Shown: positions 52,366 through 61,865 of the stretch, one piece after another
Position numbering within the stretch: position 1 is the stretch's first letter
How the letters are laid out: each line of letters starts with the position of its first letter
DNA from: an uncultured Gammaproteobacteria bacterium
GTDB taxonomy: Bacteria > Pseudomonadota > Gammaproteobacteria > UBA9214
Length of the DNA stretch: 64,000 nt
Direction: 5' to 3'
NCBI GenBank assembly: GCA_963712695.1
Contig: CAVQJD010000023.1
Coordinates: 47,832-111,831 of the forward strand
Translations under genes and position numbers: made by a program
Notes under the pieces: generated by a model
Told to the model about the DNA's origin: nothing
What the model saw: only the letters and a program-made list of their open reading frames with translations
Database searches by the model: none

Positions 52366-53649
52366 ATGTACTTTATGAAGCGTCTGCAGCATGCTCTCTT
52401 TGTCATTCTGCTAGTACACATGCCAGCCGAGGCGGCCGAATGGTCAGCCGAACCCAGGATTTCCCTGCGCACGGGCTATAACGACAATATCCGGCTCACA
52501 GCTGCACCTCATGATTCGGTCTGGGAGAGCGCCCTCTCGCCTGCGGTGAAATTCGGCGTTGCGAAGGAACATCAGGGGCTGTCTGGCGATGCCGGCTTTT
52601 CGATTCGCCGTTTTACCGGGGGCAGTGGCCGTGAAAGCAGCGATGTACTGGACCGGGAAGACTACCACCTGAACACCGACGCCTTTCACAACACCCTGCG
52701 GGATGAGTTCAAGGCGAACCTGGATTTCACCCGCGACAGCACCCTGGATTCCGAACTGGATCAGACGGGTAATGTGATCGAAGACCGCGCCACACGCGAG
52801 CGACTGTCGCTGGGACCGTCCTGGTCAAGAACACTGACCGAACTTACCAGACTCGAGCTGACCTACCAGTACAGCAATGTCGATTACACCAATGATCCCG
52901 GTATCGACAATCTGGTGGGCTATGACTATCACGTGGCGTCCGCCTCGCTGCTGCGCCAGCTGACCCCACGCGTGCAGGCAACGCTGGCGGGTGGCTACAG
53001 CAGCTACCGGCCGGATACCAATTTTGATTCCGACACCTTGTCACTACAGGCGGGGCTCTCGATAAATTTCAGTGAAACCCTGCTGGCGTCATTCCTGGCC
53101 GGGCAGGGCAAAACGACTTCTGACTCCTTTGTCGGAAACGGTTTTTGTATCGGCGCCCTCCCCGGCGCCACCTTTCCGACCTGTACCGGCGGCATTGCTG
53201 TCCCGACCGGCACCTCAAATACCGAAGTCGATAGTACCTCCCCGGTATACGCCGCCAGCATTACCAAAACACTGGAAACCGGTTCGCTCAGCGCCAGCCT
53301 GTCGCGCTCATCATCCCCGGGCAGTGACGGCGAGCTGCTGGATACCACTCGCCTGGTGCTGTCCGGCGATTATAAATTCAGCGAGACATTGAGCACGTCG
53401 CTGAGGATCGAATATACCGAGAACGAAACCATCGTCAGCCGGATTGGCATCACTCTGCCTAATCAGGAGAAAGAGACCTTCTTCCGGGTGACGCCCCGGG
53501 TGGCATGGCGCTGGCGACAGGAATGGGAGCTGGCAGGCGAATATCGATACGCTGAAAATGATGACCAGCGCGCCACCGGAACGGCTACCAGCAATGCGGT
53601 CTATGCCACCCTGACCTATCGCCCGACCAAGATTTACGTATCGCGGTAA
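52366..53649 (+). CDS. putative outer-membrane beta-barrel protein of the PEP-CTERM-type EPS locus
   Basis: Signal peptide (…HMPAEA). 427 aa, rich in alternating S/T/Y/D/N strands. Sits between the export protein and the chain-length determinant. Confidence 0.6.
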   Translation: MYFMKRLQHALFVILLVHMPAEAAEWSAEPRISLRTGYNDNIRLTAAPHDSVWESALSPAVKFGVAKEHQGLSGDAGFSIRRFTGGSGRESSDVLDREDYHLNTDAFHNTLRDEFKANLDFTRDSTLDSELDQTGNVIEDRATRERLSLGPSWSRTLTELTRLELTYQYSNVDYTNDPGIDNLVGYDYHVASASLLRQLTPRVQATLAGGYSSYRPDTNFDSDTLSLQAGLSINFSETLLASFLAGQGKTTSDSFVGNGFCIGALPGATFPTCTGGIAVPTGTSNTEVDSTSPVYAASITKTLETGSLSASLSRSSSPGSDGELLDTTRLVLSGDYKFSETLSTSLRIEYTENETIVSRIGITLPNQEKETFFRVTPRVAWRWRQEWELAGEYRYAENDDQRATGTATSNAVYATLTYRPTKIYVSR

Positions 53650-53682
53650 TGGTACAAGCAGGGGGGGTAAAATCGTTTTAAA

Positions 53683-53716
53683 TAGCCACGGCAGCACACG
53701 GAATAACACGGCAAGA
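53683..53716. repeat. degenerate B box (locus 9)
   Basis: ATAGCCACGGCAGCACACGGAATAACACGGCAAG. Confidence 0.8.
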
Positions 53717-54186
53717 CCAGCTGGATAGGCATTTACAGGTTTCAGATTGCACCGATGCCCCTCACCCGCTATTACATTCGTCATTGCTGGATTAACGTTT
53801 GCAAGTCATTGGTAAAAGCGCGATTGATTCTGGCTTCTCGTATTTTATAACGTCATACACTTAACTGGCAGTTGCGAACCTCGATGGCTGGTTTGTTCGC
53901 GGACAGCGTCTGCTGCTGCATCCCTTTCAGCTGCGTTGGTATATGCGAGTCCGTCACGTCCTCGAAAAAATCCGATGAGCAAGCGGTGTGAAGCTGGAAC
54001 GCCGGGCAGTGCTCACGTAACATCTGCAAGACGCATCGATTTGGGCTGACACGCCGGCCTAGTACCAAGATACTATGTCGCGCGGTTATATTTTCAAATA
54101 TATTAACAAGTAAGCTGTTATATTCTTGGGTCGACTGATATATCCCGATATTCCAGCGCATTGCCGAAAACCAGTAAAGCACTGTT

Positions 54187-54208
54187 CGGTACGTAAAACG
54201 CACCCTAC
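54187..54208. repeat. P' palindrome copy (locus 10)
   Basis: CGGTACGTAAAACGCACCCTAC, followed by the same GATTACGGCCT flank seen in locus 5. Confidence 0.85.
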
Positions 54209-54280
54209 ATGGGGATTACGGCCTGCTGGGTAATGATAAAACCGGTATAATTCGGGGATTCAATAAGTTAAAGGTATTTT

Positions 54281-56035
54281 ATGGCTGAACTCGCACTGGA
54301 ACAAACTCTGGATTTTGGCGATTACCTGGCGGCCTTCCGGCGCCGGCGCGGGATGATTATGCTGGTCGCCGGCATCGTCTTCCTGCTGGGTCTGATCACG
54401 GCCCTGGTCTGGCCGCCGACCTACCAGGCCTCGGCGACCATCCTGATTGAGGAGCAGGAGATCCCCACCGAGCTGATCCAGTCGACGGTAACCAGCTACG
54501 CTTCCCAGCGCATCCAGGTCATCAACCAGCGGGTCATGTCGCGTAGCAACCTGCTCGAGATCATCGAGAAATACGACCTCTACGAGCGGGAGCGCCGGCT
54601 GAACACCATCGAGGAAGTCCTGCAGAACATGCGCGATGACATCAGCATCGACATGATCAACGCCGAGGTCATGGACCCGCGTACCGGGCGCCCGACTGCA
54701 GCCACCATCGCCTTCACCCTGGGCTTTGCCAGTGAAAATCCGCAGCAGGCGCTCAAGGTCGCCAACGAGCTGACCACGCTCTACCTGGACGAAAACCTGA
54801 AATCCCGCACCGAGAAGGCCGCGGAAACCTATGACTTCCTGTCCGTTGAATCGAGCCGGCTGAGTACCGAAATCAGCCGTCTGGAAAAGGAACTGGCGGA
54901 ATTCAAGGAACGCAATATCAACACCCTGCCGGAGTTGCGCGATCTCAATACCCAGATCCTGGAACGCACAGAACGGGAAATTTCCGATCTCGATACCCAG
55001 ATCCGGACGCTGGATGAGAGAAAGATCTACCTGCAGGGTCAGCTTGGCGTGCTGGATCCGTATGGCAGTACTGGCAATGTGCTGAGTTCTTCAGCACGCC
55101 TGGAGGCACTGCGCACAGAATATGTCGGACTGGCCAGCCGCTACTCGCCGGATCATCCGGACGTCGCGCGGGTCAAGCGCGAGATCCGGGCGCTGGAACT
55201 GGAAACCGGGCAGTCCGCCTCGACCGATGACCTGCAGGCCCAGTTGCGGACCCTGCGCGATGACCTGGCAACGGCCAAACAGACCTACACCGCCGAACAC
55301 CCGGACGTGAAAAGCCTGACCCGGCAAGTCGCCAGGCTGGAAGCCGAGATCAAAGAGGTCTCATCCTCGCCCGGCTCAAACCTGCCAACCGCCACGCCTG
55401 ACAATCCGGCTTATGTCACCCTGAGCTCCCAACTCGCGGCGGCCGACACGGAAATACACTCCCTGCGCACCAAGCGCGCCCAGCTGGCGGACAAGGTGGC
55501 GCAGTATGAAACCAGGCTGGTACAGACACCCAAGTCCGAACAGGAATACCGGGGCATTGTCCGCGATCTGGAAAACTCGACCCAGCGCTACCAGGAAATC
55601 CGGGCCAAGCAGATGACGGCGGAAGTGGCCCAGCAGATGGAGAAAGAACGCAAGGGCGAGAAATTCACCCTCATCGACCCGGCCATCCTGCCGGAAGAGC
55701 CGGTCAGCCCGAACCGGGGCGCCATCATCTTCCTCAGCCTGGTACTGGCCCTGGGTGCAGGTGTGGGCTCGGCCGCTATCAGCGAGAGCCTGGACAACGC
55801 CGTACGCGGCGTAAAGGGGCTGACCAGTCTGCTGCATACCACCCCGCTGGCCGTCATCCCCTACCTGTCCACGGCAGCAGAAAGCGACGCGCAAAAACGG
55901 CGGCGTTACCTGATAGTCGGCTCGATCGTGGCCGGCATCATCATCCTGTTGCTGCTGATCCACTTCCTGGTCTCGCCTCTGGATGTAATGTGGTTCAGGG
56001 GATTACGGAAAGTCGATCAGCTGGTTGGCGAATAA
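54281..56035 (+). CDS. polysaccharide chain-length determinant (Wzz/GumC-like, PEP-CTERM-locus type)
   Basis: N-terminal Wzz block with TM (…LVAGIVFLLGLITALVWPPTYQASATILIE), a long coiled coil, and a C-terminal TM pair. Confidence 0.85.
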   Translation: MAELALEQTLDFGDYLAAFRRRRGMIMLVAGIVFLLGLITALVWPPTYQASATILIEEQEIPTELIQSTVTSYASQRIQVINQRVMSRSNLLEIIEKYDLYERERRLNTIEEVLQNMRDDISIDMINAEVMDPRTGRPTAATIAFTLGFASENPQQALKVANELTTLYLDENLKSRTEKAAETYDFLSVESSRLSTEISRLEKELAEFKERNINTLPELRDLNTQILERTEREISDLDTQIRTLDERKIYLQGQLGVLDPYGSTGNVLSSSARLEALRTEYVGLASRYSPDHPDVARVKREIRALELETGQSASTDDLQAQLRTLRDDLATAKQTYTAEHPDVKSLTRQVARLEAEIKEVSSSPGSNLPTATPDNPAYVTLSSQLAAADTEIHSLRTKRAQLADKVAQYETRLVQTPKSEQEYRGIVRDLENSTQRYQEIRAKQMTAEVAQQMEKERKGEKFTLIDPAILPEEPVSPNRGAIIFLSLVLALGAGVGSAAISESLDNAVRGVKGLTSLLHTTPLAVIPYLSTAAESDAQKRRRYLIVGSIVAGIIILLLLIHFLVSPLDVMWFRGLRKVDQLVGE

Positions 56036-56294
56036 GTGTCGCTGTTCCGGACTCGGCGTGGAAAGAGGTGCACAGTGGCCATCAACTGTACCGGCGCACC
56101 CATCCGGCCAGCCGGTGCGGCCTGCAGCTCATCTAACGCCATGTTAGTTAAGTTAATTATTGCGCAACCGATACAGCCAGCCGGGGCAGGTGCTGATCGG
56201 GCATGGCAACCGGCAGCAAAGAACAGTTCCCAGGATCCTGTCTGGTGGAATATAAAGGCTTTATACACGAACAGTTAGCATTCAAGAGACCCCA

Positions 56295-57092
56295 ATGGAA
56301 CGTATTAAACAGGCACTGGAAAAGGCCCGGCAGGAACGCCAGATCAGGCAGGGTGATGACGTCATTCAACCCTTGTCGACACGACCGGCCTCCGGAGCAG
56401 AACAAGGCCCGGCAATTACCGTCCCGGTCAGTCTGGATGAGGGCGTGCTGCGCAGACACCGCATTATCGCCGGCATGCCGCCCGGGGAATTCACCGAGGC
56501 GTACAACCTGCTGCGCACCCGTATCCTGCAGATTTTCAGGGAACACAAGTGGAACACCCTGGCCGTCACCAGCCCGGGTGACAGCGCCGGCAAGACCCTG
56601 ACCGCAATCAACCTGGCGATCAGCATCGCCCGGGAAGTCGGCTACACCGTGCTGCTGGTCGATGCCAACCTGCAGCAGCCGGACCTGCTGGAACACCTTG
56701 GCCTGCCGCCACGCAAGGGACTGAGTGATTACCTGACCGAGGATACGCCCATCACGGATCTGCTGTTCAAGCCCGGGATTGTCGATAGCCTGGTGGTGCT
56801 TCCCGGCGGACAGCCGCTGGTCAATTCCTCCGAAATGCTCAGTTCCCCGAAAATGGGCCAGCTGGTCGAGGATATGAAATCGCGCTACCCCAGCCGCATT
56901 GTCATCTTTGACCTGCCGCCGGTACTGACCACATCGGACACGCTGGCATTTGCGCCCCACGTCGACGCCGCGCTGCTGGTGGTCGAGGAAGGCGTGACCC
57001 AGAAAGACGAAGTGCAGCAGGCCGTCGAGCTGCTGAGCGTCACCAATATCGTCGGCACCGTGCTCAACAAGGCTGAAGCGAAGAGCGCCTGA
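56295..57092 (+). CDS. exopolysaccharide tyrosine-autokinase-like P-loop ATPase (CpsD/CapB/MinD fold)
   Basis: Walker A (SPGDSAGKT), A' (VLLVDANL) and B (IVIFDLPP). Follows the chain-length determinant. Confidence 0.8.
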   Translation: MERIKQALEKARQERQIRQGDDVIQPLSTRPASGAEQGPAITVPVSLDEGVLRRHRIIAGMPPGEFTEAYNLLRTRILQIFREHKWNTLAVTSPGDSAGKTLTAINLAISIAREVGYTVLLVDANLQQPDLLEHLGLPPRKGLSDYLTEDTPITDLLFKPGIVDSLVVLPGGQPLVNSSEMLSSPKMGQLVEDMKSRYPSRIVIFDLPPVLTTSDTLAFAPHVDAALLVVEEGVTQKDEVQQAVELLSVTNIVGTVLNKAEAKSA

Positions 57093-57105
57093 ACCCGCAA
57101 CTACC

Positions 57106-58551
57106 ATGTACGAAACCTTCTACCAGCTGAAAGAAAAGCCCTTCACCCTGCTGCCGGACCCGAGTTTTCTCTATCCGAGCAAACAGCACCGTATGGGCCT
57201 GACGTTGCTGGAGTATGGCCTGATGAACCAGGCCGGCTTCACCGTCATCAGCGGCGAGATCGGCGCCGGCAAGACCACGCTGATCCGCCAGCTGCTCAAC
57301 AGCATGGGGCACGAATTCACCATCGGCCTGATCACCAATACCCACCGCTCCTTCGGCGAGCTGCTGCAGTGGATCCTGCTGGCCTTCAACCTCGACCACA
57401 AGGACATGAACAAGGTCGAGATGTACCAGCGTTTCGTGGACTTCGTCATCGACGAGTATGCCCAGAACCGGCGCACTGTGCTGATCGTCGACGAGGCGCA
57501 GAACATGGACGCCGAGACCCTCGAAGAACTGCGTATGCTGTCCAACATCAACGCGGACAAGGACCTGTCGCTGCAGGTGGTGCTGTCCGGGCAGCGCGAA
57601 CTGCGCGAGACCCTGCGCCGTCCGGACCTGGTGCAGTTTGCCCAGCGTATCACCGTGGACTACCACCTGGAGCCGCTGTCGGAGAGCGAGACGGCCGGTT
57701 ACATCCGGCACCGCCTGCAGGTCGCCGGTGGCGACCCGGACATCTTCACGCCCAGGGCCTGCGCGGCTATCCACCGCTACAGCAACGGCGTGCCGCGACT
57801 GATCAACCTGCTCTGTGATACCGCGCTGGTCTATGGTTATGCCGACCAGAAGGCGCGCATCGATGCAAAACTGGTCACCGACGTCGCACGCGAAAAGCAG
57901 CAGGGCGGCATTTTCCCGGTGATTGTCCCGGCCGAGGTGAGTGAAGAAGACCTGGCGGATGAGCAGGAACTCGCGGCTGGCACTGCGCAGCAATACCAGC
58001 CGGACGCGAGCCAAGTGGCACCGGAGTCAAACACCGCGCAACTGAGCGAGGATAACCCGGCATCCCTGCAGCCGCCACCGGACGACACCGGGCAGCCGCT
58101 GCATGACAAGCGTGGTGCAGACACTGAGTCGGGCGCTGACTCCGTGCAGAACGCCGAGGCAGAAGAACCGTCCTTGCCGCAAGCTAAAAAAAAACTTCGG
58201 CTAGCGGTATGCGCGAGGGGGAAAGCACGTCAATACTTGTCAGAATTGCTAGAAGGATATGGCTTTGAGATTGTCGACAGCTTCTCGCCCGACGCGGAAC
58301 TGATTGCAGAACTCGACCCGCGCCAGGTCGACATGCTGCTGATCGACGGGCTCGAGGACGAGCCGGACCGTTCACCTCTACTGGCTGCATTGCTCGCCTC
58401 CTGGACCGGACCGGTCCTGTATAACGACGCCATCAGCACCCGCGCCAGCCAGCTGCGCGACAAGAGCGAAGCGTTCGGACGCACACTCACCCAGCGTATC
58501 CATTTACTTGCCGGCCAGCACAGGCATGACTCAACAGTAGTAAACCAGTAA
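57106..58551 (+). CDS. ExeA-like AAA ATPase of the PEP-CTERM-type EPS locus, with a long C-terminal extension
   Basis: Walker A GEIGAGKTTL and Walker B LIVDEAQN within the first ~270 aa. Then an acidic low-complexity linker and a ~110-aa alpha/beta-looking domain. Confidence 0.8.
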   Translation: MYETFYQLKEKPFTLLPDPSFLYPSKQHRMGLTLLEYGLMNQAGFTVISGEIGAGKTTLIRQLLNSMGHEFTIGLITNTHRSFGELLQWILLAFNLDHKDMNKVEMYQRFVDFVIDEYAQNRRTVLIVDEAQNMDAETLEELRMLSNINADKDLSLQVVLSGQRELRETLRRPDLVQFAQRITVDYHLEPLSESETAGYIRHRLQVAGGDPDIFTPRACAAIHRYSNGVPRLINLLCDTALVYGYADQKARIDAKLVTDVAREKQQGGIFPVIVPAEVSEEDLADEQELAAGTAQQYQPDASQVAPESNTAQLSEDNPASLQPPPDDTGQPLHDKRGADTESGADSVQNAEAEEPSLPQAKKKLRLAVCARGKARQYLSELLEGYGFEIVDSFSPDAELIAELDPRQVDMLLIDGLEDEPDRSPLLAALLASWTGPVLYNDAISTRASQLRDKSEAFGRTLTQRIHLLAGQHRHDSTVVNQ

Positions 58552-58561
58552 CCCGGTCCTG

Positions 58562-58969
58562 ATGGTGGACAAACCTGTCATTCTCGTCGTCGGCGGCGCC
58601 GGTTATATCGGTTCGCACATGGTGCTCGACCTGCTGCGTGCCGACTATCCTGTTGTTAACCTCGACAATCTGTCGCGAGGTCACCGGGACCTGCTGGCGC
58701 TCGAGGCCCTGCTGGAAGGCGGCGGAAACTCGACCTACAACCTGGGCAACAGCACCGGCTACTCGGTGCGGCAGGTCATCGAGGTTGCGCGCACTATCAC
58801 CGGACATCCGATCCCGGCCGACATCGCACCGCGGCGCGCCGGCGACCCCGCTATACTGGTCGCCGACTCGAGCCGCATTCGCGCCCGGCTGGGCTGGCAG
58901 CCGGCCTATGAAAACATCGATGCCATCATTCGCACGGCATGGGCGTGGCACCAGCGCGAGGCCGGCTGA
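58562..58969 (+). pseudogene. galE: UDP-glucose 4-epimerase remnant with in-frame internal deletion
   Basis: 135 aa. The N-terminus has the GalE Rossmann start (ILVVGGAGYIGSHMVLDLL...NLDNLSRG). It joins directly to the GalE C-terminal ~85 aa (YNLGNSTGYSVRQVIEVA...PRRAGDPAILVADSS...). The central ~190 aa with the catalytic S/YxxxK is missing. Confidence 0.75.
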
Positions 58970-59108
58970 CACCCCTGCCAGGCGCCGGTCCCGTGATTGC
59001 AGACCGGGCGTCCGGGCCCGGCACGTGCGCTGCGAGAACGGATATACACAGCCAGCTTGTTGCAGCACGGCCCGGCACCGGGGCGGTAACAGCGCAGGAG
59101 TGACCAGG

Positions 59109-59522
59109 ATGCAGTTTGCAACAGGTTGGAGTCACCCGCTACGCCGGCTCTTCCAGGTGCTGACCCTTGGCTGGGCCGCACTGATCTACTACCTCTCACA
59201 TCAGCCGGGCATCACTTACCCCCTGCTGTTCGCGCAACAGGACAAGCTCATGCACTTTATCGCCTACGGCGTGCTGGGCTTTCTGGCTATGGGTTCCTGC
59301 AATGCAGGCCGTTCCCGGCACCGGGCCGTGCACTACTGGCTGGTGGTGTCACTGGTTGGCGTCTACGGCGTGCTGGATGAGGTCCACCAGTACTTCGTCC
59401 CCGGCCGCCACAGCGATGTGCTCGATGTGCTGGCCGATATCAGCGGTGGCCTGCTCGGCGCCGGGCTGATGTTCCTGCTGCTGCGCAGGTTCACTCCACC
59501 GTCAACACCGACAGCCAGGTAG
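59109..59522 (+). CDS. VanZ family membrane protein
   Basis: Within track ORF 58638..59522, starting at MQFATGW. About four TM helices and VanZ-like blocks (KLMHFIAYGVLGFL, DEVHQYFVPGR, DVLADISGGLLG). Confidence 0.7.
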   Translation: MQFATGWSHPLRRLFQVLTLGWAALIYYLSHQPGITYPLLFAQQDKLMHFIAYGVLGFLAMGSCNAGRSRHRAVHYWLVVSLVGVYGVLDEVHQYFVPGRHSDVLDVLADISGGLLGAGLMFLLLRRFTPPSTPTAR

Positions 59523-59867
59523 GGTGCGTTTTACGCCCCGGGCGCGGTTTATGAAGTACGCCTTTACAGGATTCAGACAGGTCAATTAATGGCCACGGAA
59601 TCCACGGAAAAAATAATGCGGGTGTATAGGCAGGGTGCGTTCTACGCCCCGGGCAAGGTGCACAAAGTGCACCCTACAAAAGCTCTTCAATGCACCCTGC
59701 ATGCAATTTTTCCGTGGATTCCGTGGCCATTACCCATCGCGCATGGAATGCGCTCCTGCAGCAACGATTACGACGTGATTCACCTTTCACGTCTCACGTC
59801 TCACGTCTCACGCCCCATGCATCCTGCAGGAATTATTTCCATGTTCTTCCGTGGATTCCGTGGCCAT
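59519..59867. repeat. composite repeat locus 11 (vanZ | cysQ)
   Basis: P copy overlapping the vanZ TAG (59519-59537). B box 59588-59614. Compound palindrome 59631-59677. B' 59706-59730. Inverted heptamers 59783-59813. B' 59836-59867. Confidence 0.95.
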
Positions 59868-59894
59868 TTGTTTCATCGCGCGGTCATCGTGCGC

Positions 59895-60710
59895 CTACAG
59901 GTACTGGGACCAGTCGCGGCTGTCGTCGCCGAATACCAGGAAGAACGGGTTGAGCATCGAATCCTTGGTGTTGTAACGCAGCGGCTGCATGCCGGTATCG
60001 GTCACCCTGCCACCGGCCTGCTCGACAACGCACTGGGCCGCAGCCGTATCCCACTCCGAGGTAGGACCCAGTCGCGGGTAGATATCGGCAATGCCCTCGG
60101 CCACCAGGCACAGCTTCAGCGAGCTGCCCATGCCGACCATTTCGTGCCTGCCAAGCTTGTCCAGAAACCTGGTCAGCGAACTGCCGCGGTGTGAACGGCT
60201 GCCGACCACCATGACCGGCCCACCGTCCAGCTTGCGCACCTGGATTGCCTCCGGCATTCCCTCGCCGACCTGCTTGAAGGCCCCGCGCCCGCGGCAGGCA
60301 CTGTAACTGACGCCGGTCACCGGCACATGCACCACACCCAGCACCGGCACACCGTCCTCGATGAGTGCAATATTGACCGTGAACTCACCGTTGCGATTGA
60401 TGAACTCGCGCGTACCGTCCAGCGGATCGACCAGCCAGTAACGCCGCCACCCGGAACGCTCGGTATAGGGCAGGCTGGCCGATTCCTCCGACAGAACAGG
60501 GATATCCGGGGTTAACCGGCCGAGTCCATCGACGATGGTGTTATGCGCAGCCAGGTCTGCAGCCGTCAACGGGGTACGGTCGTCCTTTTCCTCAACCGCA
60601 TAATCTTCGCTGTTGTACACCTCCAGGATGCGCACGCCGGCCTGGCGCGCCAGCGCCGTCACCGGCTCCAGCAGACTGCCGATATCTGGGTTCAGCTGAT
60701 CGTTATTCAC
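59895..60710 (-). CDS. cysQ: 3'(2'),5'-bisphosphate nucleotidase
   Basis: Inositol-monophosphatase fold motifs (SEESA, WLVDPLDGTREF, WDTAAAQ), 271 aa. Confidence 0.85.
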   Translation of the reverse strand: MNNDQLNPDIGSLLEPVTALARQAGVRILEVYNSEDYAVEEKDDRTPLTAADLAAHNTIVDGLGRLTPDIPVLSEESASLPYTERSGWRRYWLVDPLDGTREFINRNGEFTVNIALIEDGVPVLGVVHVPVTGVSYSACRGRGAFKQVGEGMPEAIQVRKLDGGPVMVVGSRSHRGSSLTRFLDKLGRHEMVGMGSSLKLCLVAEGIADIYPRLGPTSEWDTAAAQCVVEQAGGRVTDTGMQPLRYNTKDSMLNPFFLVFGDDSRDWSQYL

Positions 60711-60860
60711 GGGTATTTCCTTGTATTGATGATTGTAAAAAGCTGCCCTGCCTGCTCCAGGCGCACCGATGTTTCATTACACAACTGGCAGGACATGGAA
60801 ACATGGCAGGCAAGTATACCCTGCCAATGTGGTCCCGTGCGCCTGCCCCCCTTATCAATG

Positions 60861-61117
60861 CAGGGTGCGTTATACGCACCAGCCAGAGCACAGGCACTCC
60901 CGGTGCGTAAAACGCACCCTACGCCTGCGGGATTATTTTTTCCGTGTTCTTCCGTGGGTTCCGTGGCTAATAATCCTTTTTTCACGTCTCACGTCTCACG
61001 CTCGTCACCATTGCATCCAGCAGGCACTATTTCCGAATTCTTCGCTGGTTTCCGTGGCCATTATTTCCCTGCAGGGTGCACCTTGTGTACCTTTACCGTT
61101 GCGTGGAACGCACCCTG
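60861..61117. repeat. composite repeat locus 12 (cysQ | HAD gene)
   Basis: P 60861-60880, P' 60899-60922, B' 60934-60970, inverted heptamers 60976-61003, degenerate B' 61028-61061, compound palindrome 61072-61117. Confidence 0.95.
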
Positions 61118-61190
61118 CGCCGGCGCCTGCACCAACCGACATTGCGTTCTGCTACCATTGACAACGGCTCTCAAGCAGACGGGTTTGCAA

Positions 61191-61865
61191 ATGATCCACT
61201 GGCAGGAAATCGACTGTGTATTCCTCGATATGGACGGGACGCTGCTGGATCTGCATTTCGACAATCATTTCTGGCGCGAACATGTCCCGCTGCGCTATGC
61301 CGAGCAACACCGGCTCGACATCGAGTCTGCGAAATCCGAACTGGTCCCGCGATTCCGGCTCAAGGAAGGCACGCTGGACTGGTATTGCGTGGAATACTGG
61401 AGCCGCGAACTCGGGCTCGACATTGTTGCACTCAAGCGCGAGGTGCATCACCTGATCGCAGTACACGAACATGTACCCGAATTTCTCCGGTGCGTGCGCG
61501 CATCCGGCCGGCGTGTCGTCATGCTGACCAATGCCCATGCCAGAAGCCTGGAACTCAAAATGGAGGTGACCGGACTGGCCGGCGCTTTCGACGCCCTGGT
61601 GTGTTCGCACGACCTCGGCTATCCGAAGGAAGACCTGCGCTTCTGGTCCGAACTGGAACGCCGGGAACACTTCAGCAGGGACAGCACTCTGTTCATCGAC
61701 GACAGTCTTGCCGTGCTGCGCACGGCGCGTGAGTACGGCATCGGCCACCTGCTGGCAGTGAGCAAACCCGACACCCGCTCACCGCTACGCGAGATAGACG
61801 AATTCATCTCCATTGAGGGATTCGACGAGATCATGCCGACGGAGAAGGTGAAACGTGAGACGTGA
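61191..61865 (+). CDS. HAD-superfamily hydrolase (YrfG-type nucleotidase-like)
   Basis: Within track ORF 60543..61865, whose N-terminal part is repeat-derived. Start at MIHWQEIDCVFLDMDGTLL (DxDGT motif I), then MLTNA and IDDS motifs. The last codons (KVKRET, stop) lie inside the heptamer array. Confidence 0.8.
   Translation: MIHWQEIDCVFLDMDGTLLDLHFDNHFWREHVPLRYAEQHRLDIESAKSELVPRFRLKEGTLDWYCVEYWSRELGLDIVALKREVHHLIAVHEHVPEFLRCVRASGRRVVMLTNAHARSLELKMEVTGLAGAFDALVCSHDLGYPKEDLRFWSELERREHFSRDSTLFIDDSLAVLRTAREYGIGHLLAVSKPDTRSPLREIDEFISIEGFDEIMPTEKVKRET

Noticed and set aside
53853-54203. 116-aa minus-strand ORF between the OM barrel gene and the chain-length determinant.
   Set aside because: It has no motif and an AT-rich composition, and its start lies inside a P' repeat copy (54187-54208). 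A degraded regulator remnant is possible but unsupported.
60543-61190. N-terminal 216 codons of track ORF 60543..61865.
   Set aside because: This part is antisense to cysQ and then runs through repeat locus 12. The HAD hydrolase proper begins at ATG 61191 with the DxDGT motif a few residues in.
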